DNA of 64,000 nucleotides from Podarcis liolepis (Eukaryota): NCBI GenBank assembly GCA_965112155.1, contig OZ218103.1; one strand, written 5' to 3'. Position 1 is the stretch's first letter. Each line of letters begins with the position of its first letter. Below, one piece after another: positions 26,301-39,300 of the stretch. The notes beneath the pieces are model-generated. The model was given only the letters and a program-made list of their open reading frames with translations, made no database searches and was not told the origin of the DNA. The position numbers and the translations under genes were made by a program.

Positions 26301-28838
26301 AAGGTTTTGCAGGTTTTTGAAACTAAACACCTGAAAGTTAGATGAGCAGAGCTCCCTCTTTTAAAATGCTCAAGCTCCTGAGAAAAAAAAATTATTATTG
26401 GTCTTGGAGCCTAACTACTCTGATCTTATATTATGTGGTTAATTTCTGTTTCCTGTTTATAGTTCACTGTGGGTATTCCATCGTAATAACTATAATCAGT
26501 GTGTTTACAGAATCGTATGACTCTTTTGGTGTTTAGTTTCCAAAGGAATAGCCGGATTAGAAATGAAATGTATGAAATATAAATAGTTACAATTCAATTA
26601 GAGCCAGAATGTATGCAAAATAAGTAGTGTGATCCTTTACCATGGCAGTGATAGGTGATAAAATAATGGACTTGGAAATGCTGAGTTAATTAACATCTGC
26701 AGTTGGAAAGGAAACCACTGGCTGTATTCAGGCCCAAAGGAATAGAGTTGAACTTCTTGATGAATGGAAACTGAGCTGACAGGCTGCTGGTAGCAGACAA
26801 AAGCTTTTATTTAATATTAATGAAAGTTAATGGCATATAATCACTATTATCTTAGTGGGTTTTTTATCATCCTTAGTATGTGAGTATGGGACTTAGTTTG
26901 TATAGAACTAACGTACCGTAATTATTTTTGCACATAATTATTTTTGCAATTATTTTAAAATCCAAGGAAGCAACTGCTTTCCATGCAGTTGCTAGTATGT
27001 ACTTCACTGGCTTACCTTGGTGTCTGAATTCCCAAAGGTGATTATTCTCTTGAGTTAAATGTCAATTCATATTCTTGAACAACCTCTTAAGTGTCTTTTG
27101 TATTTGGATGCAGTTGCAAGAATAGAGTCCAGAGTCTCTGTAGCATATTAGTGGTGCTGCAAATGTTTTCAGGCACAATTTGCCTCTCTTAGAAAATTGT
27201 ACTGTCATTAGCAGTTGGGTAAAAGTGCAGGTCGACCTCTTCAAGACTGAACCTTTAATGTGAATTGCAGCATTGTCTGTTTCTAGGCTAAGAGATTTGT
27301 GTTCTTTCTGCCGTATCTCCAGAGCACACTAGTGCAATAGGCTAGTGTGGAGACACCAGCTTGGCCAAGATCATTCAGGGACATCCAAAGCAAGTGCTTT
27401 ATCAACTGTAGTATCATGGTCTCTCTTTCATTTCTGAAAACTACTTGGGCAATTGATTAAATTGCATAGGAAAATTACGAAATTGTCCTAGACTGAAAAA
27501 CTGTTCTCTCAGTCAGTGTCCAGCCATCATTTCTTGGAAGCTGGTCCAAACCTATACAATCTTGTATGTTATGAAAGGAAACATCGAGTTTTATTTGAGA
27601 AATAACATAAAGAGACTATAGTACTTGCATTTGGCAGTTTATCTAGCTGTTCATTTAGTTCTTCAAACAGTGCTGTAACTGAGGCAGATTGTGGAAAGAC
27701 CATGTCTCTTCTGGAAAAAGTATCTCTTAGCTTCTTTCAGTTCCATTTGTTGAAGCTCCTTGTGTTTCTTGATGCCTAATTGGTATTTGTAGCCGGGCAT
27801 TGCTGTATCACATATAGTTGTGTTATTTATTTAAAATATTTTAATTTTATGTTTGTTAAAATATCCAAAGCAGTACATAAAGGCAATGTATCAGAAAAAA
27901 GTGTAATACAATTTGAAACAGCAGCACCAGCAAAGGAAACAGTTGAAAATCAGAGTGCTCTGACAAATGCCCTTTAAACATTGTTCCCTGTCCCTGATAT
28001 CCAGTTTCAGTTCTTCAGATAAAATGCAGTGGTGAGAGGGTGGTGGCTCTACCCTACCACATGGGATGTTACTGTTCCTTCCCTAATGATCAGAGTGGCA
28101 GTCCAACAACATATGGAGTGCTACAAGGGACCCTTCTTTGGCATGCCAAATATCTGCAAAGACTAAGGAATTCTGGGACTTGCAGTTCTTTAAAGAGTAT
28201 GTCACGTAGACATGTATCTTCAGACCTTTAGAAGTGGGGCAAGTGAATATGGTGTGGGGTCTTTTGATAATAATATATGAAATGTGAAAACATAAGACAA
28301 AAATACATTTTCATGGCATTTGCATATGAAATGATGTCTGAGTTTGGGGATATGCCACCTGGACATAAAAAAACTTCACTGTGCATTACCTTATAACTTA
28401 GCTGCACATTATCTTACTTCAAATAAACAGGTGGGCTCATTTCTTCTAAGTCAAATGTTGATGGATGTGTTCTGATAACATGGCCGGTTTTGGTAGTTTC
28501 ATGTGGTTCCCCAACTATGAAAAACCTACCCTGATGAGGTTTACCAACATGGTTTGTTTTTAGTTACCAGACTAAAACATTCCTGTTTGTTTTTATCTTT
28601 TTTTCCTTCAACATGTTTGCTGATGTTTTCTTTGGATGTTGCATTTTAATTTTTGTCCTGATATCCTTTATACAGAACTGGATTGATGTGTTTGTATTTT
28701 TTATATAAAAATACTTACATAAGGATTAGGCTAAAGCTTTATCTGTGGTTTCCTTTTTGTAAATGGTTTGGTTGGTCATTCTATGCCAGCCTTCCCCAAA
28801 CTGGTTCCTTACATTAAATATAATATTTTATTTCATAT

Positions 28839-29356
28839 TGTTGCATGCCATCCCTATCTCTGAGCAGTGCAAGATTCCAGGCACTTACCCAGGGTCCAGT
28901 TTCATCTGAATGAGGGACAGCAGAGACTGTAGTGTCTTTAGGATAAATGGTTTATTCACATATATATATACAACCTGAGCCTACGATGGGGGAGCTCATA
29001 GCATTAGCACCCCAGAAGGTCTTGCTTCTCCCATAGTCACAGCCTTGGATTCAAGCAGAAATCAAGCATGTCTCCCATTCTCAGGCTTCTGCTTGCTTCT
29101 AACCCAGCTCTCTCTCTCATCTGCCCTGGACTTTGTTCTTCTCACTACCAGCCAGCAGAGGAAGCCCCCCCATTGCCCCCCCCCCAATTCCTTTCTTATA
29201 CTAATGACGCATACTTATACTAAAGGTCAGTTACCAAGAAGCTGGCTTGGCTAATTCAACAATGGAGTCCTCCATTAGATTGTAACCCTTGCTGGATTGA
29301 GGAATTAGAAGGGACTCAGACATACAGCCCTAACCCTTCCCCTCCAGCTCACAACA
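28839..29356 (-). mobile_element. Probable solo LTR (518 bp)
   Basis: TGTTG...CAACA termini; 4-bp flanks ATAT / CTAT; AATAAA on the - strand near 28951. Confidence 0.5.
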
Positions 29357-30070
29357 CTATGTATTATATTTTTAGATATACATATGGAATGTTTTATTCC
29401 CCCATCTGAAAGCCAGAATTGGCTGTTGCTGCCTATGGCAAACCTGGATTTGTAATATATGAAATAGCTCATCGTCGGATGAGGATGACTGCTCAATGTA
29501 TTTCCCCCCCAATAGTCATGACTAAGCACCCTTTTTATAGGCAGTGCTTATGACATCAGATTACTTTGCTCTCCCTCACCTCTCAATCCTCCAGAATCAC
29601 TTGTGCTGATGACACGCTTTTCCCCAGCAACATGACAGAGTTGCACAGGCTCTACTCTCTCTAAAGATACTAGCAGGAAATGTGGGAGTGTTTTTGCGGC
29701 AAGGTGATTATTAGCTTGGCCTCTGGAGCTTAAATGAGCAGGTATCACTGTAGCAACGAGTTTGGAGGTATAACAGTAGCCATACCATTCTGACTTACAT
29801 AATGCTCACATAGAAATGCTTAAAAGTTTCCTTGGTGGACATTTCTCTCTCATATCTAAGTATAGACTAGTCGTCTAGATATTTGCAGCACAGGAATATT
29901 TTATGGAATAGGAGGCAAGCCTAAACGCTAGTGAAGAGGAAGTATTGAATGAAGCAGGGACTGGATAAGAGCAGCTACAAACCACTTTAGTTTCAGAGTG
30001 CTATTCCCCGCCCCCCAGTATCGCAGATCTGTAGGATATTATTGCTTTATTAAAGTATAGAGAACAGTTG

Positions 30071-30396
30071 CAGACCCTCCAAGTGTTCCTCTTTTCCAGG
30101 GACGTCCCTGAGTTCTGATTTGATCCCACAATGTCCCACTTATCCTTAGGATGTCTCTATTTTCATTGGAGAAATATTAGAGGGTATGGAGTTATCTGAC
30201 TCCTGAGTCATCTGAAGGCAATCCTGTATAGGGAAGGGTTTTTTAATGTTTAATTGTCTAATTATGTTATTATATATATTGGAAGCTGCCCAGAGTGACT
30301 GGGGCAACCCAGTAAGATTTGTGGGGTATAAGTAGTAAAATTATCATTGTGGAATGGAATGTCTCTATTTTCATTGGAGAAATGTTGGAGGGTATG
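30071..30396 (+). mobile_element. Composite TIR element with a 6-bp TSD
   Basis: TIRs CAGACCCTCCAA / CATACCCTCCAA; CAGTTG at 30065-30070 and 30397-30402; right terminus duplicated internally (~30150-30188). Confidence 0.78.
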
Positions 30397-30698
30397 CAGT
30401 TGTAATCCAACAACTGGAGGACCACAGGTGAAATGCGCTGAAAAAACGCAATTATTTCTGCTAGAGAAATTATGTTATTAGAACATAATTGTAATTGTGG
30501 AAGAAAATAATTTAGCTTCTCCAGAGGCTGAGCTGTGTATTGCTGTGACTGGGGCATAGAGCCCATTTAATAGACTTGCATATCAGCAGGCGAAAACGAT
30601 TGGATGTTGCTGTATAGGCAGCCAATGGTTACAAAGAATGTCAATGGTCCAAAAACGATCTTGGTTTTATGCTTTGGGGGGGGGGTATGTTTCTAAAT

Positions 30699-31189
30699 CA
30701 GGGGTAGGAACTTCAGGCCCACCAGATGATCCATCGTTTCCCTGAAACTACACACAGGTGTTAGGTGATGTCACTCCAATGAGTGGGTGATGTCAGCTGG
30801 GATGGGTGGGGCAAACAGATCCCTGCAGAAAGCAGGCTTGAGCCACCTGCTCATCAGCTAATAGGTGGTGCTTTTAATCCCACCAGGTTTGGCTGTGTGT
30901 GCTAGTTCCCTGCATTCACACAATCAACACCTGCAGACAGCAGGAGTGACCTCCATGTACAACAGCTGATGCATGGAGAAGTCAACCCTGCCCACTTTGA
31001 CCACAGGAGGTTCCAAGTGCCCAACAGCCAGCTAGCTGTGGATCATTTGGGAACCACTATGCAATGTGTTTTCACAGGTAGGCAATACATAGTGTATGTC
31101 ATAAAGATATGTAGTTCTCAAGTGATTTCCCTGCTCACCTGTCAAAGTTAGCCCATGCAGTGTGGAGCCAAAAAGATTCCCCACCCCTG
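30699..31189. mobile_element. Non-autonomous hAT (Charlie-like) element (491 bp)
   Basis: Termini CAGGGGTAGGAA / TTCCCCACCCCTG; 8-bp TSD TTCTAAAT / TTCTACAT. Confidence 0.75.
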
Positions 31190-31579
31190 TTCTACATAAA
31201 CACAACAGGAACATGCCACGTGTTCCCTAAACAGCTTACGAAACATGGCAAAAATAGGCATTTCTCATGCCTTGAAATATCTGGCATTTATTTTCGTCTA
31301 TCAATTACTGTGTCACTTGTAATATTGCCTTAACTTAGGTTACTTGAAAGTATGTTGCACTGATTTAGGATTGGAAAGAAATATGCTTTTATGTGTTTTT
31401 TCTAACTGCAACTTTGTAATTTACAGAGCCGTAAATAGCATTTTATTCATTATGCCATAATATTTTTAAAAATTATTTTTAAAGTTTCTGTTAAATCTTC
31501 CAGCCTAACTCAGGCAGGCTTATAACAAATTTAAAGCTACCTAATTTGTTCAATTTATATTTTCCTTTTGTCTCCACAG

Positions 31580-31643
31580 GATTGAAAAAACGTACAAGGA
31601 AGGCCTTTGGAATACGGAAGAAAGAAAAGGACACTGATTCCAC
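31580..31643 (+). CDS. SGIP1: SGIP1 exon 2 ([21 protein letters not shown][T]; membrane-phospholipid-binding region)
   Basis: ccacag|GA...TCCAC|gtaagt; 64 nt; phase 1 to 2. Confidence 0.97.
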
Positions 31644-34600
31644 GTAAGTATTATTTATGTTTAAAGAAGTACTGGTATTTCTGTATTGCCATATGAAATA
31701 TATCAAGGCGAAATAGACTATGGAGTATAGCACATCATGTAAAATTAAAAATAAAATATGAATTCTGTGTAAGTATTAATTTATAGAAGAATTTCTATAC
31801 CACCATATCATAAAATATATCAATGCAGTGTACACTAGAAAACATCATTTAAAGTTAAATAATAAAATAAAGATAATTAGTTCAGGTGACTGACTCATCA
31901 AAAATTAAACAACTGCAAAGGCCTGTCAGCACAAAAAATATTCAAGAGATGCATGGAAGTCAAAACCAAGGAAACCTGCTGAATCTCAGCTGGGGGAGTG
32001 TTTCACAGCATGGCTGTGGTGATTCTAAATGCCTGACCTAGTTGAAGCCAATTGGGACTGTGCAGCATGAGGGACAACTAACAGTGATCCTCTTGAAGAT
32101 CTCAGTGATTGGACTGGAATAAAAAGGCTCAGGTGGTCCTTAGGTTTATAGAGTGGTAGAGCAAGGGGGCTAATGCTGAATGGTTAACAAGATTACACCA
32201 TTAACTCATGAAATCTGCATTTTGACATGCACAATAGAAAACCAGCAAAGCAGTATCCAGTAATGCATACTTTAAAATACATAGCAACCTTACACCTGCA
32301 TGAGTGAGACAGCTGTCTGATATTGTGAGAATGACAGACAATTTTGTGTGTTTCAAGTCATGGATATTTTATAGGTGGTCTGTATTTTGCCCCTTTAAAA
32401 AAGTCTTAGTGGCTAGGCTTCATTCCTCAGAAACATAGTTCTCTAAAAGCCTAGGAGTAGGCTGAAACTTTCTTGTTCTAATTGCATAGTATATCTAAAC
32501 ATGAGGCTTGACAGTAGGCAAAGGACATCTCTTAGAAAGAGAAAACATTCTGACACTTTTTGTCTATGCAGAATTGTCCTGGCTTTTCAGCTATACTTCA
32601 GTGTCATGGTGATTGTTCACCAGCTGAGGTTTAGAACATAATGGGATTGGTGAATAGCTTTTGATGTTAAGCTGTTTTGTAACATGCGATGCTTAACCTT
32701 TCTGGATGATTGGGGGTGGGTTTGAACTATTTCAAGTGTTTTCCTGCCCTCTATTTCTATAGCACTTTTAGGGGGCAGGAGGTACAAATTGATCTATTCC
32801 CCCCCCCCCCGAAAACAGAGTGGAAAGGGGGTGTTCTGGCTCCCAGTTGCTCAAGAACTGGAAAGAGGATTCTTTCCAAAAGCTTTAATGTTTAGATTGC
32901 TGTATACATATGCAAATCTTCAGCTTAAGCCATAATAGGCAATACATACTATTATTCCTAGGTACAGTTACACAAAAGGTTTGGACAGTTGATCTGACAC
33001 TAACACACCCCCTTGCTATCTTTAATATAGGATTGGGACATGCTCAACTTAGTGCAGCAAAAAATTCTGCTCTTCAGCAATCAATCTCTCACTACACCCA
33101 GTAGGCAGAATAATCGGTTCCTACTCCTTTAGCTCCTCCTGGAGGACAGGGGGGTGTCTTTGCCTCCCCCAGCCTGAGAGCTGGGTGGGGCTGGCAGAGG
33201 CAAGGGTACTCCTCATGTCTGAAAGCACCAGTTTGGGTGGAGCAATAGGCACTGTGAAAGTTTCAGGGAAAGGCTCTGATGGCTATGGAAAGGGAAGCAT
33301 GGCTTGTGGATCTTGTTGTGGAAATGGGTGAGGCAAGAGAGCAGGTTGAATTCCCTATCCCACTTGAGCCTTTCCTGGTTCCTTGGCAAACCATCCATCT
33401 GTATTGTTCTGACTCAGCCAGCCCATGAAGAGGGTGGCGAGAGAGAGAGTGAGAGAGAGAGTGGTCATACTGTTTTTGTCCCTGTGATCATTGCAGGTCA
33501 ATTTGTGATTATTGTAGGTCAATTATTGCTGTGATTATTGCAGGTCTATTTGTCAGTTTCTTGGGTGGTTTGGGGATTTGTTTTTGCCAAATTCTTTTGG
33601 TGACCTGGGTGAAAGTGAACAACAACGTTAGTTCCCGATAACATATTTACAATCTGCCCCAAGTGTAGGGAGAAACAGTTATTTCCTCATCTTTAAAGGT
33701 GTGTGCCTCTACTGCAGCCCTAGCCTGTGAATGGGTTGCTTAGCAACAGGTAAAGGAGGTTGCTGCAACTATAGATTCATTTAAGCTGACAGAGAATCCA
33801 CCTTCAGTGCCTGAAGTTGATCAGTGCTACAGCTCCATTTCTGGAACATGTGATAAAATAAGGATACTGTAATGGTTCTCCTCAACAAGGGACAGATTCC
33901 TCACCACTAACTAAAACTAGCCTTTGTCCCATCTGAGATTAGAATCTTTGACTTTCTCAGCAGGTTTGAGTTCTGGCACTTCTCTGATTAAACATATGCC
34001 TTATTTACCTAAAAAATGTAATGCGTGTGCACAACAAACTCTTTGCAAGCATGGATGATACCCCGTGTTCGTCATTCTCAAACTAGACCCACTGAAAACC
34101 AACAGGCCTAAGAGACTTGTGCATTGATTTTCAGTGGGCCTAAGCCTGAGAATTATGAACATTGGATATCACTTTATAAATTCAACTCCACCATTGTATG
34201 TCTATGCAGTAACAATTATTGTTTGCTGCCATGTAATAGCGATCATTGCGAAAAATACAAGGCAAATTGATTATTTTTTTATTACATTTTGAAAATTAAA
34301 TGTTTGGATTTGTGTTCTTCTAAGCAGGCTTAACTTGAGCGACTCTCCCTAAATCGTAAGAGAGAATTATTTATATTTCCACTATAAGTGGAATGTTTGT
34401 TGTTCATATGAAACATTAGGTGAAAGGGGAGCAGGACCAACTGAACAAAGAACATCAAGAAGGGAGCAGGCAGAATTGTGTGTTTTGAATTATTATTCAC
34501 TAATGTGTCTGTCTAACAACAAAGCTCATACCAGCTCATACTTAAGAACCGCCACCCCCCCCCTGCAAACTTCAGTGTTGATAGCTTGCAACAATGGCAC

Positions 34601-35524
34601 AGAGACAACGAAAACTGTTTTAAATATTTTTCTATTTTTCTCTAGAGGAAATTGTTGAGATAACAACTAACCTTCTACATTGCATCAAGCTGAATGCCCG
34701 ACATAATCTTTAATAATTTAAGTTTCCCTTTTTATGGGCACTCTGGGAGCACTAATGGTATAGCTTTATAGTATCATAAAGTGGAAGTGTGTAATTATAA
34801 TGGGCTGGTTGAAAAGACAATTTTGAAACACGTAAGTTAGCAGAGACATTAACTGCTGAAGACCCTTGTGCTCTTTTCCTGTTCAGGCATTCTGGGTTTT
34901 TCTTTATGTTGCAATATGGATCTCCAACTATGCAGACTTACAGAAGTGAAATGAGCCTTTTCTAAACCTCTGTTGTTAAGAAACTGTAGGGGTCATACAA
35001 TCTTCATTGTGTTCAGCCTGACAAATACCCTTCTGCCGGCAAGCTGTTATTTATTTCATAGATACAAATTTGAGGGAAAGGGAGAAGCATTCTTTGGGTT
35101 GCATCTTAAGAGTATGTGGAGAGGGTTTGGTGTTGCTTATACCAGCCCCTACGCCATATATACCTGACCCTGGCTCCTCCATTTCTGACTTTTGTAAGTT
35201 TACTGCGAAGATCAGAAGGGAGGTTATAAACACATTCAGCAGAACATGCTCATAATCCACCCCAGAACAGGAACTCTGAAGGTCAGAAGTGGAGCTGACA
35301 AGGGCAGGGTTCCATGTTCAGTGAGAGAAGATTCATTATTTATTAAAGTATTTTTACTCTACTCTTCAGTCGACCAGGCTTCCAAAGATAAATTAAAACC
35401 AGTGATAAAACATTTTTAAAGTAAAAATTATGCATGTGGTCTTTAAGTGAGCTGTTCAAGAAAAGTGACTATATAATAGCAGTTTGCTTCATTAACTGAT
35501 ACTTCTTTACTTCTTTCCTCACAG

Positions 35525-35559
35525 GAAACCCAGCCAGATGGGCGGGGTATAAATAATAA

Positions 35560-35604
<45 letters not shown>
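35525..35604 (+). mobile_element. Retroposon (SINE/LINE) 3' tail with (ATT)n expansion
   Basis: AACCCAGCCAGATGGGCGGGGTATAAATAATAAA followed by (TTA)n. Confidence 0.65.
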
Positions 35605-35606
<2 letters not shown>

Positions 35607-36277
35607 TCACAGGGCAGTTTCTTGAGGTGATCTCTGTGAGGGGAAGAAAGGGCCTAGAACAGCTGGTGAAGCAGCAGGTAGACATAGCTGTGGTGATAAT
35701 TTGCCTCATTGGCTGCCTCTTCTTCTGTTCAAAGTCAACTAATTGATGTCAATTTGATTAAAAAACAGTCCCGCATTGTTTCTCGACTCAAGTCCCCTTC
35801 ATGTGTGAATTGCATAACCGAGCATGATAGGATGAATGGAGCAGTGGCGCTGCCTCACTGTCCCAACCCTCAAGTGATGCAGCTCCTTCGCCCTTTCTGT
35901 ATGTTAGGTGTGGACATATTCAGGAGAGACCTTATGTGCAAAAACTTTCCATATGTTATGGGACCCCAGTCACGTAGGGTTTCGGAACACATGGGAGGTT
36001 TGTGCATGAAGATGTCTAGAGGGACCGAGGCACAGAAGGCTTGAAGAGCAGCATAGTGTCAAGGTGGAGGATAGTGACATGGCCCTGCAGCCCCTTTCTA
36101 TGCCCCTTTTATATGATTCATGTGTGAAAGAGTCAATATTGGCTGATTGTTTTGCAGTGCAGAACTGCAGTGCAGAACTCCAACCTTTAAAAATAATGAG
36201 GAGAAAGTATTTCCAAAAATTTAATGCAGGAGGTTTGATGTTTTGTAGTCATGGTACATATTTTTGCTTTCTTACAG

Positions 36278-36302
36278 AGGGTCACCAGACAGGGATGGAA
36301 CT
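36278..36302 (+). CDS. SGIP1: SGIP1 exon 3 (GSPDRDGT), 25 nt
   Basis: ttacag|AGGGTCACCAGACAGGGATGGAACT|gtaagt; phase 2 to 0. Confidence 0.95.
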
Positions 36303-39300
36303 GTAAGTATTTAAAGGAATTTATATATTGAATTAGTCTTAACTTTAAATTAGATGTGTCTAATGGAAAATGCTTCCCCCATCCTGTGAATCGTCATAAG
36401 CAATTTTGAACCCTTTGCCCTATTTCTATTTTAATATAGTTAATAATATTAAAACGATCAAGGTTGATACACTGTCTGATGTGCATTGGCTTATATCCAG
36501 TGTCTAAGGCCTCTCAAAACTTTTTTGGTCAAAGGATTATCAAGTGAGATAAATTTTCTAATAATAGTCATAAATACAATGAATAAAGACAAACAATTAC
36601 ATGAAAGATGAAGAAATATTTAATACTTGCAAATATTTTAAATTGGTTAAAAATAACAATTCAGGAAGCCTTCCTGTAGAGAATAGAAATAGGAGAAGGG
36701 TTGCTGTTGAGTTACTGTTGCTTTTATTTATGGTTTTAGGTTTTCTGTCTCTGCTAGAACTGGACTTTAGAAGGAAATGTACCACATCAGCTATTAGGCT
36801 TTAAGTTTGCAATGAAGAATGTTGGGCTCAGATATGGATTTTACTTCACTTTTTATTGATTCCTGACTTTAAAACTCCCATTTAAATTTATCTTGTGAAG
36901 ACTCTAAGGAAAATTGGAGCATTTGTTAGTCTTCACCAGATTTTCAGCAGTGGAATGGAAACACTACCAGCCATAAACAATGTCATTTCTCTCCTAAAAT
37001 TAAAGGAATTGGAGTAGTAAGGGCCTTTCCAGATGATCATTATTTTGCGTAATAAATGAGCTGCTGTTTCATTGGTTTGATTCAGATGTCTTCCTTAAAG
37101 AAAATGCATCTGTGTCTGGAATATCGCATTGTCCAAGCATGTACTATGTCAGTGGGGAAATTGGGTTCTTCCCTACTTAGCATGTCCCTTGCTATTTCGC
37201 GAGTGCTTTGCAAGGATGCATTGCATGAGTGCCACGACCACAGATAGAGCCATTAGTGATGAGTGCTGACTTCCCTGCCTGTGATCATGTTTCTTCATAT
37301 TTCTGGTGCTGGAGCATTTATCTTCACAAACAGTGGCAAAACAAACCAAGGCTGCTTTTTCTTTTCTTCCTCCTGCAGCAATGCTCTATTGCAAATCCCC
37401 TTTTCCATTTATTTAGTTCTTAGAAGGCTATGCCATTCCTTCTCCAATACAGGAGTGCACATCTCCTGTAGGTTTTTATTTTTTAAGGGCTGAGCATCTG
37501 TCCCCTGTACAGCAGAAATGTATAGGGATGAAAGAATGGGGGCGAAAGAACTATACAACTTTAAATGGGGTGAAATATCATACTAGTGGTGCTGGATAGA
37601 GGCTAGCCCAATCATATCTTGATAAATAACTTCAAGGGGTTGGTGGGGCTTTGTCTTCTGGAAAGGCCCTAATAACTTTTTCTTTCTTTCAACTTCTGTC
37701 TATTTAAACTTCTGACCCAAGATCCTTAATCCTAAACATATTTACTTGCAAGTAAATATTAATGATTTCAGAAGAACTGAACGTCCAAGTAGATGTGCTT
37801 AGGGTCACAGCTGTAGATTGAAAAAAGCCTGCATCCACACATCCTTCTGCATCCCCATTGTGTTTTGTCAAGCGCTTTTAGCTTAAAGATTCAAAAAGCA
37901 GACCACATTTGGAACTCTATACTGTTTTTAATGGTTCAGCCAAGGCTCTGTTCAGCAGAAGAAAAACAACGCTGTTCACTTTCCCAACTTGCACGTTGAT
38001 TCAACCTGCAGTCCCCATCTGTGTTACACGCTTAAAGAAGTAACTAGTGCACTGCCCCTTCAGGCACTTCGTGTACCCAAGATCATGTAGAGAGTCCCCA
38101 CATGCTCCTCCGTTGTCTTGTCTCATGCTGGTCCTCCCCAACACCGTCAACGTGTTTGAGGGAATTCTGAAGGGGAGAAGTCTTCCTAATGCCCCCGTGA
38201 GCTGGAATTCCTGAGCATGTGGGTTCCAGCTCATAGAAACAGCCTGCACACATTCAGCAGTCTTTCTCCTTCATTCCTGTCCCCAACAGATCACCAATGT
38301 GGGACTGGAAGAAGGATGATATGATATGGAGGGAAATACTTGGTCTAAAAAGGGAGGAAGGAAACACAGAAACCTGGTGTGAGAAACAATCTCCTCACTT
38401 GTTCACCACCACCCAGTTAAATTTAACACCAAAGTGATGAACAGAAGGCAGAGGAGGACTGGCTTTTTCCCCGCAGATATGGGCCACATTTACACTATAC
38501 ATTTAAAGCAGTATCATGCCACTTTAAACAGTCAAGAATCCTGTGTACTGTGGTTTGGAAAGGGTGCTGAGTTGTTAGTAGAATCCTATTCCCTTCACAG
38601 AACTACAGTTCCCAGGGAGGAATCCAGTGTAGTGCTATGGCTATCATTCCAGCTTGCCAGATGGCACAACCCCCCCTCTCCCTAGCTCTGTATGTTATTC
38701 TAGGGGTTCTCCTGACACACACACCTGTGTCTGTTTGGAAACACAGGAGGAGAAGAGGGGGAAATCCCCATTGCACTAGTGGAAGTCCTTGTGTGGGCTT
38801 CCATTAGCAGGACTAGTTAGTTGAATCCTGCCTGTAAAGTGGCTTAACAATCCCTCTTCCCATAGAACTCTGGGACTGTAGCTCTCTGAGGGATGCTGGG
38901 GTCTCCTAGTAACTCTCATCCTCTGTGAGGCAAGCTGAGAAGCAATGAGCTGCTGAGCAACTTTTTTTTTCTTGGTGTTGACCACAAATGACATGCTGGT
39001 TCATGCACCGTCACCATCTCGGTGTGTTCATTGTGACACACTAGTGCTTTCCCAAGATTTTTCATTTAAGGCCTTCACTTCTACGTTTGTTGATGATGTT
39101 CCTCATGTGGCATTTTGCTTTTCGGAGGCTATGAGAACGATGCTAACTTCATTTCTCATTTAGTACAAAAAAATTACATTCTCTTTAAAATTGTACACAA
39201 TCCCTTCTCACGTTAAAATTAAGAGAAGGTGCTTACTTTGTGAAACATGAACCTGAATAATTTATTCTGCTATATTTAGTATAATGTAGCCTTATTTTTA

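Noticed and set aside
38776-38994. Minus-strand ORF containing TKKKKVAQQL, loosely like the recalled SGIP1alpha insert
   Set aside because: Wrong strand; the lysines come from a poly-T run next to a MITE remnant
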